Positions 17,923-26,972 of a stretch of 64,000 bases of DNA are shown here, one piece after another. Source of the DNA: a virus; IMG/VR virus record IMGVR_UViG_3300046168_000026, positions 64,001-128,000 of that record. One strand, 5' to 3'. Each line of letters begins with the position of its first letter. Positions within the stretch are counted from its first letter, which is position 1. The notes beneath the pieces are model-generated. The model was not told where the DNA came from. It made no database searches and saw nothing but the letters and a program-made list of their open reading frames with translations. A program made the translations under genes and the position numbers.

Positions 17923-19691
17923 TAACTTAACATTTTTTCAACGATTTCGATATCTGATGGATAGTCAACTGCGTGTGATACATTGTCCACCATTACCATT
18001 TTTACTTTATGTCCCATCTCTATAAATCTATCAATCTCAATGTCTTCCTCAAATTCGAGTGGTGTCTTTTTACCATAATCGGCAAAGTCTTTTAGATGTT
18101 CTCTATTGAATCCGTAGATACAAACTTGTTTCATTGGATTACTGGTCTTACCCTGTTTTGTTCCTGGGAGTGGACTCCTTGAACACCAAATTAACTCATC
18201 ATTTAGATTTGTAATTACTTTTGGTATCTTTGGGTCTTCAATCTTTTCGTGAGGATTCAAATATGCCATACAATTTATAATATGGTCAGGGTTATCAATC
18301 TTAGCTTGAATAACTTTATCAATATCGTTTGCTGATAACATAGGTTCGTCACCTTGGACATTGATGATAAAGTCTGCGTCTATTTCCATTGCCGCTTCTG
18401 CTACTCTATCTGTACCCGTTGGACATTCGTCTGAAGTTAAGATTACTTTTAAACCATTGTTTTTTGCAACATCAACAATTTCTTCGTTTTCTGTTGCGAT
18501 GTAAACATTATCTTTACCCACCATCGAGTTTTGACATAGTTCAGCAACCCAAAGAATCATTTCTTTTCCATTAATCATCGCAAGAGGTTTTCCAGGGAAT
18601 CTTGATGATTTGTATCTTGCGGGGATAACTATCGCAACCTTTGGGTCTAAGACCCCATCAAGTTTTTTATTATCAAATGACTTCGATTCAGGTATGTCAA
18701 GTAATACATCTTCTATCCTATTAGGATGTAAGAACGATTGTTGTAAGTTCTGAGGATACAATGGGTGAATGTGTTTCAATCCACTAACCATATAGTTGTG
18801 TGTAAAACCCCATTTGTATTTTTCCATCAAAGGATTCATCCAATCAGAAATAACTTTTTGTAAGGGTTTACAATTGTATTGTGTCTTATCACCCCAAAGA
18901 AATTTTGTTTGGTCTTTTGCGTATTGTAGGTAAGTTACAAGTTGTTCTGTTTTAACATTTCCGACACCTCTACCCATTCCAAGTAAAGTACCATCTAACC
19001 AAAGTGCCCCTTCGGATTCTGCGGCAAGACAATTGGCGAATGCAAGTCCAAGGTTATCGTGTGTATGAATCCCAATCTTCGAATCACCTTCGAATAGTTC
19101 TACAATCTCTTTTGTTCTATCAGGAGTCAATGCTCCATATGAATCAGCAAAGTATAATGATAGTGGTTTTAATTCACCCATATCATTTACGAAAGTATTT
19201 ATTTCACTATCATCCAATAAAGATATACCCATCAGATTTACTATCAATTCGTAATCCTTTGATTGGATATATTTACCGATTTCGATTGCGAGGTCTAACT
19301 CCGAATACTTTATCGCGAGACGACAAATATCGAATGGTGAATTTTCCCCATCATGGATAACATCATCAATCAATGAGAAATCTACTTCATTACCTTTTAT
19401 GAAATCCTTTGCGTCAATCATAAACGCAAGTTTGAGGTTTACTGGCTTTCTATTGTCCAATACATCCCAAATGAACCTATCGTTACACTTACGATATTTA
19501 CCACCCTTAACAGGCGATTTGTAACCCATCTCCATTACTCCGACTCCCGAAAGGTCAAGGGCTTGTACTAAGTCTCTGACCATCTGAGTGTCAAAGTTCC
19601 AATTGGTGTAGTACCCACCATCTCTTAATGTACAATCTAATATCATAGGAAATTTGTTAAAATTTTCTTTCGACACACGAATCGTTCCCAA
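17922..19691 (-). CDS. fusion of DRE-TIM (HMGL-like) aldolase and KdsB-type CMP-ulosonate cytidylyltransferase
   Basis: LDCTLRDGGY, HTHDNLG, GMGRGVGN; then IPARYKSSRFPGKPL, TGTDR, INVQGDEP. Confidence 0.88.
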   Translation of the reverse strand: MGTIRVSKENFNKFPMILDCTLRDGGYYTNWNFDTQMVRDLVQALDLSGVGVMEMGYKSPVKGGKYRKCNDRFIWDVLDNRKPVNLKLAFMIDAKDFIKGNEVDFSLIDDVIHDGENSPFDICRLAIKYSELDLAIEIGKYIQSKDYELIVNLMGISLLDDSEINTFVNDMGELKPLSLYFADSYGALTPDRTKEIVELFEGDSKIGIHTHDNLGLAFANCLAAESEGALWLDGTLLGMGRGVGNVKTEQLVTYLQYAKDQTKFLWGDKTQYNCKPLQKVISDWMNPLMEKYKWGFTHNYMVSGLKHIHPLYPQNLQQSFLHPNRIEDVLLDIPESKSFDNKKLDGVLDPKVAIVIPARYKSSRFPGKPLAMINGKEMILWVAELCQNSMVGKDNVYIATENEEIVDVAKNNGLKVILTSDECPTGTDRVAEAAMEIDADFIINVQGDEPMLSANDIDKVIQAKIDNPDHIINCMAYLNPHEKIEDPKIPKVITNLNDELIWCSRSPLPGTKQGKTSNPMKQVCIYGFNREHLKDFADYGKKTPLEFEEDIEIDRFIEMGHKVKMVMVDNVSHAVDYPSDIEIVEKMLS

Positions 19692-19699
19692 AATGTGGG

Positions 19700-20323
19700 T
19701 TACACGAGGGTGTCATAATAGTCGTTTTGTTTTACTTGTTTTTCTATATCTTTGTGATGGAACAATGATAGTTCCTCAACCCAAGGTAAATTAGAAATCG
19801 TGTCATATCCATCGAGTTTCTCGTGTACCTTATTTATCCAACGAATGGAGTCTGATTTTTTATAAACTCTCCATTGTGGGTCTGGCCAATTTACTCGACC
19901 CTTATCATCAACCTTCCACCCCCACTTCTGAATGTACTCATCGGTTAACCCATCTACCAAATTTACTCTTGGTACAAGAATCACATCAACACCATTCATT
20001 TCAAGGATTGCTGGAAGGTTTTCAATCAATTCATTATTAGGGATTTCATCTGCGTCAATCTGAAAGATGTAATCACCATTACATAAATCTGTTAATTTGT
20101 TTTTCCAATTTGCGAAGTGTCCATCGAACTCACCACTATGCCATGAGTAAGTCGGATTTACTGATTTTGCTCTGAGGTATTCTTCTACTTTTGTATCACC
20201 ATTCTTAGAATCGTATAGAACTACGATTTCATCTTCGTCTCTGATATTGTCTAATAGGTAAGGTATTAGTTTTTGAATTTCTACCAACTCATTACAAACT
20301 GTAATTGCGTAACTTATTTTCAT
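19700..20323 (-). CDS. glycosyltransferase family 2
   Basis: FQIDADE (DxD), WPDPQWR, KVHE. Confidence 0.85.
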   Translation of the reverse strand: MKISYAITVCNELVEIQKLIPYLLDNIRDEDEIVVLYDSKNGDTKVEEYLRAKSVNPTYSWHSGEFDGHFANWKNKLTDLCNGDYIFQIDADEIPNNELIENLPAILEMNGVDVILVPRVNLVDGLTDEYIQKWGWKVDDKGRVNWPDPQWRVYKKSDSIRWINKVHEKLDGYDTISNLPWVEELSLFHHKDIEKQVKQNDYYDTLV

Positions 20324-20332
20324 ACTTTATTT

Positions 20333-20848
20333 TTATAATCCTACGGGTGGAGTATCTTGTGTGGTCTCCAAATCCGTATCGTCCTTTCGAACTTGTTCTT
20401 GTTGTCTTCGTTCTGACCTTGATGCTACTTTATCAAATACACCATAGTCATAGTTATAAATTGTTATCTGACCTACATTCTTTTCAACCAAAGTTCTATA
20501 ACCATTTTGAAGGTCTTTGTTCTTTAGTTTAGAAGTGTAGAATTGTTTAGAGTTAACTTCTACTCTCAATTTACTCAAATCTAACTTTTTAATTTGAGGA
20601 GTAGTACTTGTTACCTCATTCAAATCCTCTGCAAGTTTAGTAAACTTGTCGGGTGCACAATCTTTTAAATCTAAACAATGAAAGTAATTCTTGAATTTAG
20701 GTTGTAAGATAAAGACAAACATATCTCTCTGAGAGTTGTCTCGTTTCTTATACCTAATCTTTGCAACCATACCTCTTTCTAATTTAGTCTTAGAAACTCT
20801 TGTAGGGTCTGTTAATTTACTTCTATGTCTACTTGTAAAATCTGGCAT
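20333..20848 (-). CDS. hypothetical protein
   Basis: 171-aa basic ORF coupled to neighbours. Confidence 0.65.
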   Translation of the reverse strand: MPDFTSRHRSKLTDPTRVSKTKLERGMVAKIRYKKRDNSQRDMFVFILQPKFKNYFHCLDLKDCAPDKFTKLAEDLNEVTSTTPQIKKLDLSKLRVEVNSKQFYTSKLKNKDLQNGYRTLVEKNVGQITIYNYDYGVFDKVASRSERRQQEQVRKDDTDLETTQDTPPVGL

Positions 20849-22128
20849 TACTTTTTCTTCAATTTAGGTAGTTTCAATCCAACTTGAGTAGGACCTTCAC
20901 CAACTTTATATTGTGTTAACAACTCACCTAACTTCTCTGTCATCTTATCTTGAGTAAAGTTAGTTTTTACATAATGTCTGTTTTTACGAGACATTACCAC
21001 TGCTTTTTTGTAATTGTTATAAACTGTTTTTAGAACACCACCTGCTTGTTGATGGTCAATCTTGAACCATTTTGCTTGTTCAAGAATCCATTTGTTTGCA
21101 GCTGATTTATGGACATTCTCTAATTTACCACCCACTAAAAAGTTATATTCTTTATTTAAGAAATCTACATGACCACTCCAAGCTGATGCTATAATTGGTT
21201 TACCACTAACACATGCCTCAAGTAATGGTCTACCGAATCCTTCACCATGAGTAAATGATACATGAGATTTTACTTTTGGATGGTTGTATACTGAATTCAT
21301 TTCTTCATCAGTCAAATCACCATCTAAAATATAAATATTAGGAAAGTTAGTTCCACCAATTCTATTTTTACATCTTTCAATTGTTTTTCTTAGTCGATGT
21401 ATATTTGATATTGATGGTTGTCCATTATTAGTTTTTAGAACCAACGCAGGTTTAGTTTTGTTTTTAAAAGATGTTCCCTTAAATGTATTCAAAAATACTT
21501 TTACTAATGAATATATGTTTTTTCTATCTTGACCATCTGCGCCTGGTAACCAATGACCCACAAATAAGAAACAAAAGTTTTCTGGTATTTTGTCAAATAC
21601 TTTTTTAACAGTATTGTTTATAGGTGCTTTATTGTCAAAAACCTTTGTGTCAAATCCCTCGAATAAAACTTCAACAGGTTTTTCTAATTTCAACTCACCC
21701 ATTTTTTGTTTTGTCTGGTCATTGAGTTTATCATAAACTGCCGATAAAGTTCTTGCTGAATGTTCTGACGAAACCATAGTTAAGTCCATTCTATTACACC
21801 CATCGATAAATTCTGCAGGCGCATCTGATGTTTCGATAACTGCTGATACACCAATATTAAAATGACCTACTGGTTGAAACTCTGATGGAATTGTCATTTG
21901 AATCCAAATATCTGGCTTCGATTCCATTTTAGGACTGATTCTTGAAGTCAAATCCGAATCATCAGGTGTCAATGCGTTGATAGGAGTTTGTCCCCATCGT
22001 TGAGACAATATTCTAATGTCCCACTCATCACCCTTTAACTGAATTAATGACCTTACGAAATCTCTACTTCTTGCACCATAACCACTTCTTGTAGCTATTG
22101 GACAACTAATTACACATACTTTTTTCAT
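20848..22128 (-). CDS. glycosyltransferase family 4 (GT-B)
   Basis: SGYG, DRKN, GEGFGRPLLEA. Confidence 0.9.
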   Translation of the reverse strand: MKKVCVISCPIATRSGYGARSRDFVRSLIQLKGDEWDIRILSQRWGQTPINALTPDDSDLTSRISPKMESKPDIWIQMTIPSEFQPVGHFNIGVSAVIETSDAPAEFIDGCNRMDLTMVSSEHSARTLSAVYDKLNDQTKQKMGELKLEKPVEVLFEGFDTKVFDNKAPINNTVKKVFDKIPENFCFLFVGHWLPGADGQDRKNIYSLVKVFLNTFKGTSFKNKTKPALVLKTNNGQPSISNIHRLRKTIERCKNRIGGTNFPNIYILDGDLTDEEMNSVYNHPKVKSHVSFTHGEGFGRPLLEACVSGKPIIASAWSGHVDFLNKEYNFLVGGKLENVHKSAANKWILEQAKWFKIDHQQAGGVLKTVYNNYKKAVVMSRKNRHYVKTNFTQDKMTEKLGELLTQYKVGEGPTQVGLKLPKLKKK

Positions 22129-23537
22129 ATCTTGTAAATATCAAATCTTTGTCTTGGTTTCCAATTTTCAAAACAAGTATCAATTGCTTCAATAAATTTC
22201 TCACCCATTGTTTCGGCTGCCATATCACCTGCACCCATAATAAATTCATGTCCTTTCATACCTGCGGATGTACACTCATCCCTACCCTTACTATACCATT
22301 TATCTATTGCCGAACCGATGTCTTTATAAGAACATCTATCATCAAATATATAAGGAGTAACGGGTGACCCTTGTAGTGAACGATTAGAAGGCCAGATTGG
22401 TTCAACCCATTCACCCCAAGTCAGTTCGTCTATAATTGGATTATCTTTATCGTGTAAAGAACCAATCTCAACATAATCATCTCCAGTTAAGAACTCACCA
22501 TTTAGTTTAAATCCACATTGGTCTTGCAATCCACCTGTAACATTTACAATGATAGGAGTACCTGCTCGTAATGCTTCACAAGAACCTAAACCAAACCCTT
22601 CGTTTGATGCGACATTTAATACCACATCACATGAGTTATAAAACATATTTAATGCTTCCGTACTTAGTTTTCCATCTGAAAACTTTACATCACAATTTTT
22701 TACATTCATTTTTACCAATTCAGGAAGGTCTGTACCATTATCATCAATTGGATTTGTATGCATGAACAATAGTACTTTTTTGTTTGGATGTTTCTTTGCA
22801 AACTCTTCTACTCCTAAAACAACATCACCTGGAACTTTTCTACGAATGTTTCTGTTACACCATCCGAGAATAAAGTCATAATCATTAATACCACATTCTT
22901 CTTTGTATGCTATTAAATTAGTATCTGTATCTGATAGTGGTTTGAATAAGTTAGTTACTCCATGTGGAATATACTTGAAAGACCAATCTCCTCTGTCTTC
23001 ACCATACCAATCCATTACTCTTTTGTTAATACCATATGTTTGTTTGGATATACCTAACAACAAGTCACAACTTGCGTAAAATGGTGCATTCCAATGTGGG
23101 TCAGGTAATGAGTCCCATATATTGTAATACATGATTGGACAAATCTGTCTAACCTCATTTTCCATATCATACAACCATCCCCAAAATCTTGGGTCAGTAA
23201 AGTGTAGTATTGCGTCTGGTTTTTCTACATTCAATAATTCTCTTAAAACTTCAGGATTACCATAACTTGTATGGGCGTATATCTTTACAGATGCGTCTTC
23301 TATGCCTGTAAGTTTTCTAACATCATCATCTAAAATGAATTGTTTACCATGGTCGGGATGCTTTAATGCAGCCCCCAATTGTACCCAATCATATTTGTGT
23401 ACTGTTGATAGTACGATTTCTTTTGATTGTGTTGCAATCCCACTATGTAATCGTAAATCATCGGAAAGTAAAAGTATCTTTGGTTTCTTAACCTTATTCT
23501 TAGATACCTTCTTTAGTTTTGGTAGTTCTATGCTCAT
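22125..23537 (-). CDS. glycosyltransferase family 4 (GT-B)
   Basis: NRNIRRK, NEGFGLGSCEA, TGGLQDQ. Confidence 0.9.
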   Translation of the reverse strand: MSIELPKLKKVSKNKVKKPKILLLSDDLRLHSGIATQSKEIVLSTVHKYDWVQLGAALKHPDHGKQFILDDDVRKLTGIEDASVKIYAHTSYGNPEVLRELLNVEKPDAILHFTDPRFWGWLYDMENEVRQICPIMYYNIWDSLPDPHWNAPFYASCDLLLGISKQTYGINKRVMDWYGEDRGDWSFKYIPHGVTNLFKPLSDTDTNLIAYKEECGINDYDFILGWCNRNIRRKVPGDVVLGVEEFAKKHPNKKVLLFMHTNPIDDNGTDLPELVKMNVKNCDVKFSDGKLSTEALNMFYNSCDVVLNVASNEGFGLGSCEALRAGTPIIVNVTGGLQDQCGFKLNGEFLTGDDYVEIGSLHDKDNPIIDELTWGEWVEPIWPSNRSLQGSPVTPYIFDDRCSYKDIGSAIDKWYSKGRDECTSAGMKGHEFIMGAGDMAAETMGEKFIEAIDTCFENWKPRQRFDIYKI

Positions 23538-23565
23538 TCTATAACTTCTTCTTAATTTATTTAAC

Positions 23566-23573
23566 TATAAATA
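23566..23573 (-). promoter_or_regulatory. putative late promoter TATTTATA heading the glycan island
   Basis: Same motif as before sheath, tube and endolysin. Confidence 0.55.
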
Positions 23574-23588
23574 TACAAAAAATATTTA

Positions 23589-23972
23589 TTAAATCCTATT
23601 ATAATCATCATTAATTCTAACGATATCATCTTCACCGAAATAGGTTCCAGTTTGAACCTCTATAAACTCAACGGGTTCATCCGTTTCATTCCATGCTCTG
23701 TGTTTTGCACCTAATGGTATTCTGATAGTTTCACCATATTTTCTGAATACCTTTTCATCATCCAAAACAATTGTTAACTCACCTTTTATAATTGTCCAAC
23801 ATTCTTGTCTTTTGTGGTGATACTGATAAGATAGTTTTTGATTTGGATTTACTGTAATTCTTTTTACTTTTGTTGTAGGGTCATCTAATAATACTTCATA
23901 CTTTCCCCATGGTCGAGTTTCAGTTAAGATTCCTCTAGCAGCTATTGATTGGTTTGATTCTAATTTACTCAT
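23589..23972 (-). CDS. mannose-6-phosphate isomerase type II cupin domain
   Basis: RPWGKY, LSYQYHHKRQECW, IEVQTGTYFGEDDIVR. Confidence 0.9.
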   Translation of the reverse strand: MSKLESNQSIAARGILTETRPWGKYEVLLDDPTTKVKRITVNPNQKLSYQYHHKRQECWTIIKGELTIVLDDEKVFRKYGETIRIPLGAKHRAWNETDEPVEFIEVQTGTYFGEDDIVRINDDYNRI

Positions 23973-24364
23973 TGTACAAAACTTGCTTTTTTACTCCATC
24001 TATTTAGTAACCTACTAAAATGGTTAAAGTCTTTTCTTGTTATTTCACCAAAGTATATTATTCTATCTGAATTATGTACTATACAATCGTACTGATGAAG
24101 TGGTTGTGTTGGATGATATGGTTTATCATAGTAATCATCGTCCATTCCACTATATAAAGTACTTGATGTATGTGCTGCGTTATATTCGATATACTTTAGA
24201 TTCATTTCTAACGCATATTTTCTAACCCACTTCTCTACACCATTCTTTTTACCTCTCGTGATAATTGTTAAATCCTCACCAAATTTTTGTTTGAGTTTAA
24301 AGATTGCTTCTTTAAGTTCACCTCTATTTTCGTACTTCTCATCCCCTATCAGAGCTACCTTCAT
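23969..24364 (-). CDS. SLOG-superfamily (YspA/DUF2493-like) protein (start likely 24364)
   Basis: KVALIG..IITRG..GVE..YA..IVHNSD pattern. Confidence 0.55.
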   Translation of the reverse strand: MKVALIGDEKYENRGELKEAIFKLKQKFGEDLTIITRGKKNGVEKWVRKYALEMNLKYIEYNAAHTSSTLYSGMDDDYYDKPYHPTQPLHQYDCIVHNSDRIIYFGEITRKDFNHFSRLLNRWSKKASFVQ

Positions 24365-24851
24365 TTTTATTAAGTGTGTTTCGTACCTTTTTCCAATACC
24401 TTTTAGTTTGTTTCTTTTGTAATCCCTTCGGACCACCATTCCAACACCTTGCGATTTTCTCATATGAACTTTCTTTGTGATAATAATCTACAAATACATA
24501 AAACATTTCAATAGACTTTTCTCTATTCCATCTGTCATCAAGTGTATAAAATCTATTATCATCATTTTTGTTTAAAATTCGATTTACATCATTCACCATT
24601 ATGGGTCTAATCTGTAATACTCCTGCAGCGTTTTCTTTTTTTGCATATGCAGTTGGATTACCCTCTGATTCTACCCACACCATTGCCTCTACCAAATCAT
24701 CTAAATTTCTTACAATGGGTTTTATTTCATTTTCTACTTTTTCAATTTTAATTTCCTTAATAGGAATCGTGTCAATTTGTTCTATTGGTTGTTCGTTGTT
24801 ATTTACCGAAGAACATAGTAATCCGACTAATACTATTGAAAGATTTCTCAT
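24339..24851 (-). CDS. lytic transglycosylase / lysozyme-like protein with N-terminal signal
   Basis: VESEG, AAGVLQI, ARCWNGGP. Confidence 0.75.
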   Translation of the reverse strand: MRNLSIVLVGLLCSSVNNNEQPIEQIDTIPIKEIKIEKVENEIKPIVRNLDDLVEAMVWVESEGNPTAYAKKENAAGVLQIRPIMVNDVNRILNKNDDNRFYTLDDRWNREKSIEMFYVFVDYYHKESSYEKIARCWNGGPKGLQKKQTKRYWKKVRNTLNKNEGSSDRG

Positions 24852-25798
24852 ACAAATTTTATTCGTTCAACTTTGGGACATAATTCACTATCCTTAAAAG
24901 GACAATACTTACAACTTTTCTTGTTTTTACCCATCGTAGCGGGAAAGTCCCCTTCTGTGTTGTAAGAACCATCATCGTTAAAAGCGTTGTCGATAAACTC
25001 ATCAAAACTTTTTACAATCTTATTTAATGTTGGTTTTCCATGTGATGGTACAAATTCTTGTACTCGTTTCTGAGCAAACATAGCTTCTTCCCATAACTTC
25101 CTCTTAACTATAAAGTATCTAACCTGTATCTTGTCTAAAGGATATCCATATTGTTCAGCGAAAAACTTCTTGTACAATACTAATTGAGCAGTTTTTGTTT
25201 TATCTGCTTTTTGCCATTTGTTCCAACCTTTTGTTGAGGTTTTGATATCCCAAATTTCTATTGTATTATCTGCAAGATTCTCAAATACTAAGTCAAGGAA
25301 TCCCTTCATCATAATATTTTCATTAGAATCGGATGCTGGGTAGTATATTGGTAACTCAACTCCAACTAATTTCATAGTCCTTGTTGAGAAGTATGATGCT
25401 CTATTCTTACGAAGGAAATCCAATATCTGAACACCATCATCGTAGAATTCATTCATTTGGTCTTTTGTGGTGAACTTGACACCATAGACTGCCATCATCT
25501 TTTTGTACTCCTTAGCCATCTCTTCTAATAGTAGAGATTCTAAGTCCATTTCATTTGCTTTAACTGCCGACTCGTTGTACATTACTTGTAACCACGATTG
25601 AATTGTCTCGTGCATCGCAGTACCAAATACAAGGTGAATAGATGGGTCAAAGTCTTTGTGACCATCCATATAGGTCAATTTCCATTGTTTTGGACAATTA
25701 GCCCACATCGTATATTGAGAATACGAAACTTTAACATCACCCTTCTTTTCTTCATGAACAGGAAAGTTAAAGATATTTGATACCATAGATTTTTTCAT
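24848..25798 (-). CDS. PD-(D/E)XK exonuclease (Cas4/RecB-like), start likely 25798
   Basis: SYSQ..CP, FGTAMH, GFLDL, DIKT, QLVLY, CKYCPF..C. Confidence 0.85.
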   Translation of the reverse strand: MKKSMVSNIFNFPVHEEKKGDVKVSYSQYTMWANCPKQWKLTYMDGHKDFDPSIHLVFGTAMHETIQSWLQVMYNESAVKANEMDLESLLLEEMAKEYKKMMAVYGVKFTTKDQMNEFYDDGVQILDFLRKNRASYFSTRTMKLVGVELPIYYPASDSNENIMMKGFLDLVFENLADNTIEIWDIKTSTKGWNKWQKADKTKTAQLVLYKKFFAEQYGYPLDKIQVRYFIVKRKLWEEAMFAQKRVQEFVPSHGKPTLNKIVKSFDEFIDNAFNDDGSYNTEGDFPATMGKNKKSCKYCPFKDSELCPKVERIKFV

Positions 25799-25803
25799 AC
25801 ACT

Positions 25804-25835
25804 CTAATATACGACAATTTGACGAGAATGCCAAA
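25804..25835 (-). promoter_or_regulatory. Bacteroidota sigma-A-type promoter
   Basis: TTTG-N20-TATATTAG. Confidence 0.75.
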
Positions 25836-25841
25836 TTTTAA

Positions 25842-25858
25842 TGTTATTAAATTGTTAA
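25842..25858 (-). promoter_or_regulatory. TTAACA-N5-ATAACA direct repeat (candidate regulator box)
   Basis: Near-identical element at 49764..49780 in the same position relative to the -33 box. Confidence 0.5.
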
Positions 25859-25862
25859 GTTT

Positions 25863-26273
25863 TTACTTAGCCCACTTCTTTCTTTGGACTATCTGAGAGA
25901 TAATTCCATATACACTCAAATCTTCGTAAGTGTCTTGGATATTCTCACCAACCTCATCGGGTTGACCTAATACAACTAATTGCTTTAGTCTTTGGATTTT
26001 ATCGTTTTTTCTAAACCATAAACCAACTAATGATAGTTTGATATCTTCGTCTGATTCTAAATTAGTTCCAACCGATATATTACCTGGCCCATAGTTTCTT
26101 TGTTTTTTACAAAATGTTTCATACATTTCATCTAAAATCTTTTGGAACTCTGATGTAGTTTCTGGGTATAATCTTTCACAATATTCTACTGCGTTTTCTT
26201 CTACATTTCTTTTTTCAGTTCTCTCACCCTTCCACTCTACTTTATTTTTTCTGTCTTTTATTACTTTAGCCAT
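25863..26273 (-). CDS. DUF1599 / nucleotide-modification-associated domain (Nmad1-like)
   Basis: KKQRNYG, RKNDKIQRL, DTYEDLSVYGII. Confidence 0.7.
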   Translation of the reverse strand: MAKVIKDRKNKVEWKGERTEKRNVEENAVEYCERLYPETTSEFQKILDEMYETFCKKQRNYGPGNISVGTNLESDEDIKLSLVGLWFRKNDKIQRLKQLVVLGQPDEVGENIQDTYEDLSVYGIISQIVQRKKWAK

Positions 26274-26704
26274 TTTTTTATTTCTTTTTTATCTAACCCA
26301 TATTTTAACAATATTTCAGTAATATTGTCTTTACTAAGTATTTCAAGATAGTCTCTGACTTCTCTTTGTGATACTGAGTAGTACTTTGCAAGATACTCCA
26401 ACACATTGGAATTATACTTGTCATCTTTTTTACCTTTTATGTATTTGTCAAAAGACCTTTTCTTTGGTAAAAAATCAAGATACATTTTATAAACATCTCT
26501 TGGACTGAGTTGACCAATAGTAAACTTTTGTAGCTCGTTAACCAACTCCAATAATCCCATATTCATAGACAAAAACCTATTGACCATAAATGGTTCAAAG
26601 GTTTTTTTATCCATAACTGACAGACTATCCCAAGAAGTTTTTGACTCCTTAAGTCCAGATAGATGTTGAAATAATGTCTTAGCCTTCTTGGTTGTCGCCA
26701 TCAA
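26261..26704 (-). CDS. clamp loader small subunit (gp62-like)
   Basis: FMVNRFLSM..LVNE motif; next to gp44-like gene. Confidence 0.65.
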   Translation of the reverse strand: MMATTKKAKTLFQHLSGLKESKTSWDSLSVMDKKTFEPFMVNRFLSMNMGLLELVNELQKFTIGQLSPRDVYKMYLDFLPKKRSFDKYIKGKKDDKYNSNVLEYLAKYYSVSQREVRDYLEILSKDNITEILLKYGLDKKEIKKWLK

Positions 26705-26969
26705 TTAGTTCTTTCGGTGTAAATTTAGGATGAACAGTTCCACAATTGTTACACAATACAACAGGTATTGGTAACATTGATGCTACACCATTTGGTGATT
26801 GTACTGCTGGTACTTCTTTATACATTGTTACTTCGTCAAAAAATATCCCACCACACTCAGGACAACTTACTGTCTCTAATTTTCTTGGGTCAAGTTTTAA
26901 TTGAGGTTGTTGTTGTGGGTTTTGTTGACCACCCAAGTTAACAACTTTACCTTTTCCTTTTTTTGCCAT
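26679..26969 (-). CDS. zinc-ribbon protein
   Basis: CPECG...CNNCG. Confidence 0.7.
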   Translation of the reverse strand: MAKKGKGKVVNLGGQQNPQQQPQLKLDPRKLETVSCPECGGIFFDEVTMYKEVPAVQSPNGVASMLPIPVVLCNNCGTVHPKFTPKELIDGDNQEG

Positions 26970-26972
26970 AAT

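Noticed and set aside
24848-25798. Cas4 as part of a CRISPR-Cas system
   Set aside because: It is a solo PD-(D/E)XK exonuclease typical of phages, with no cas1/cas2 or array.
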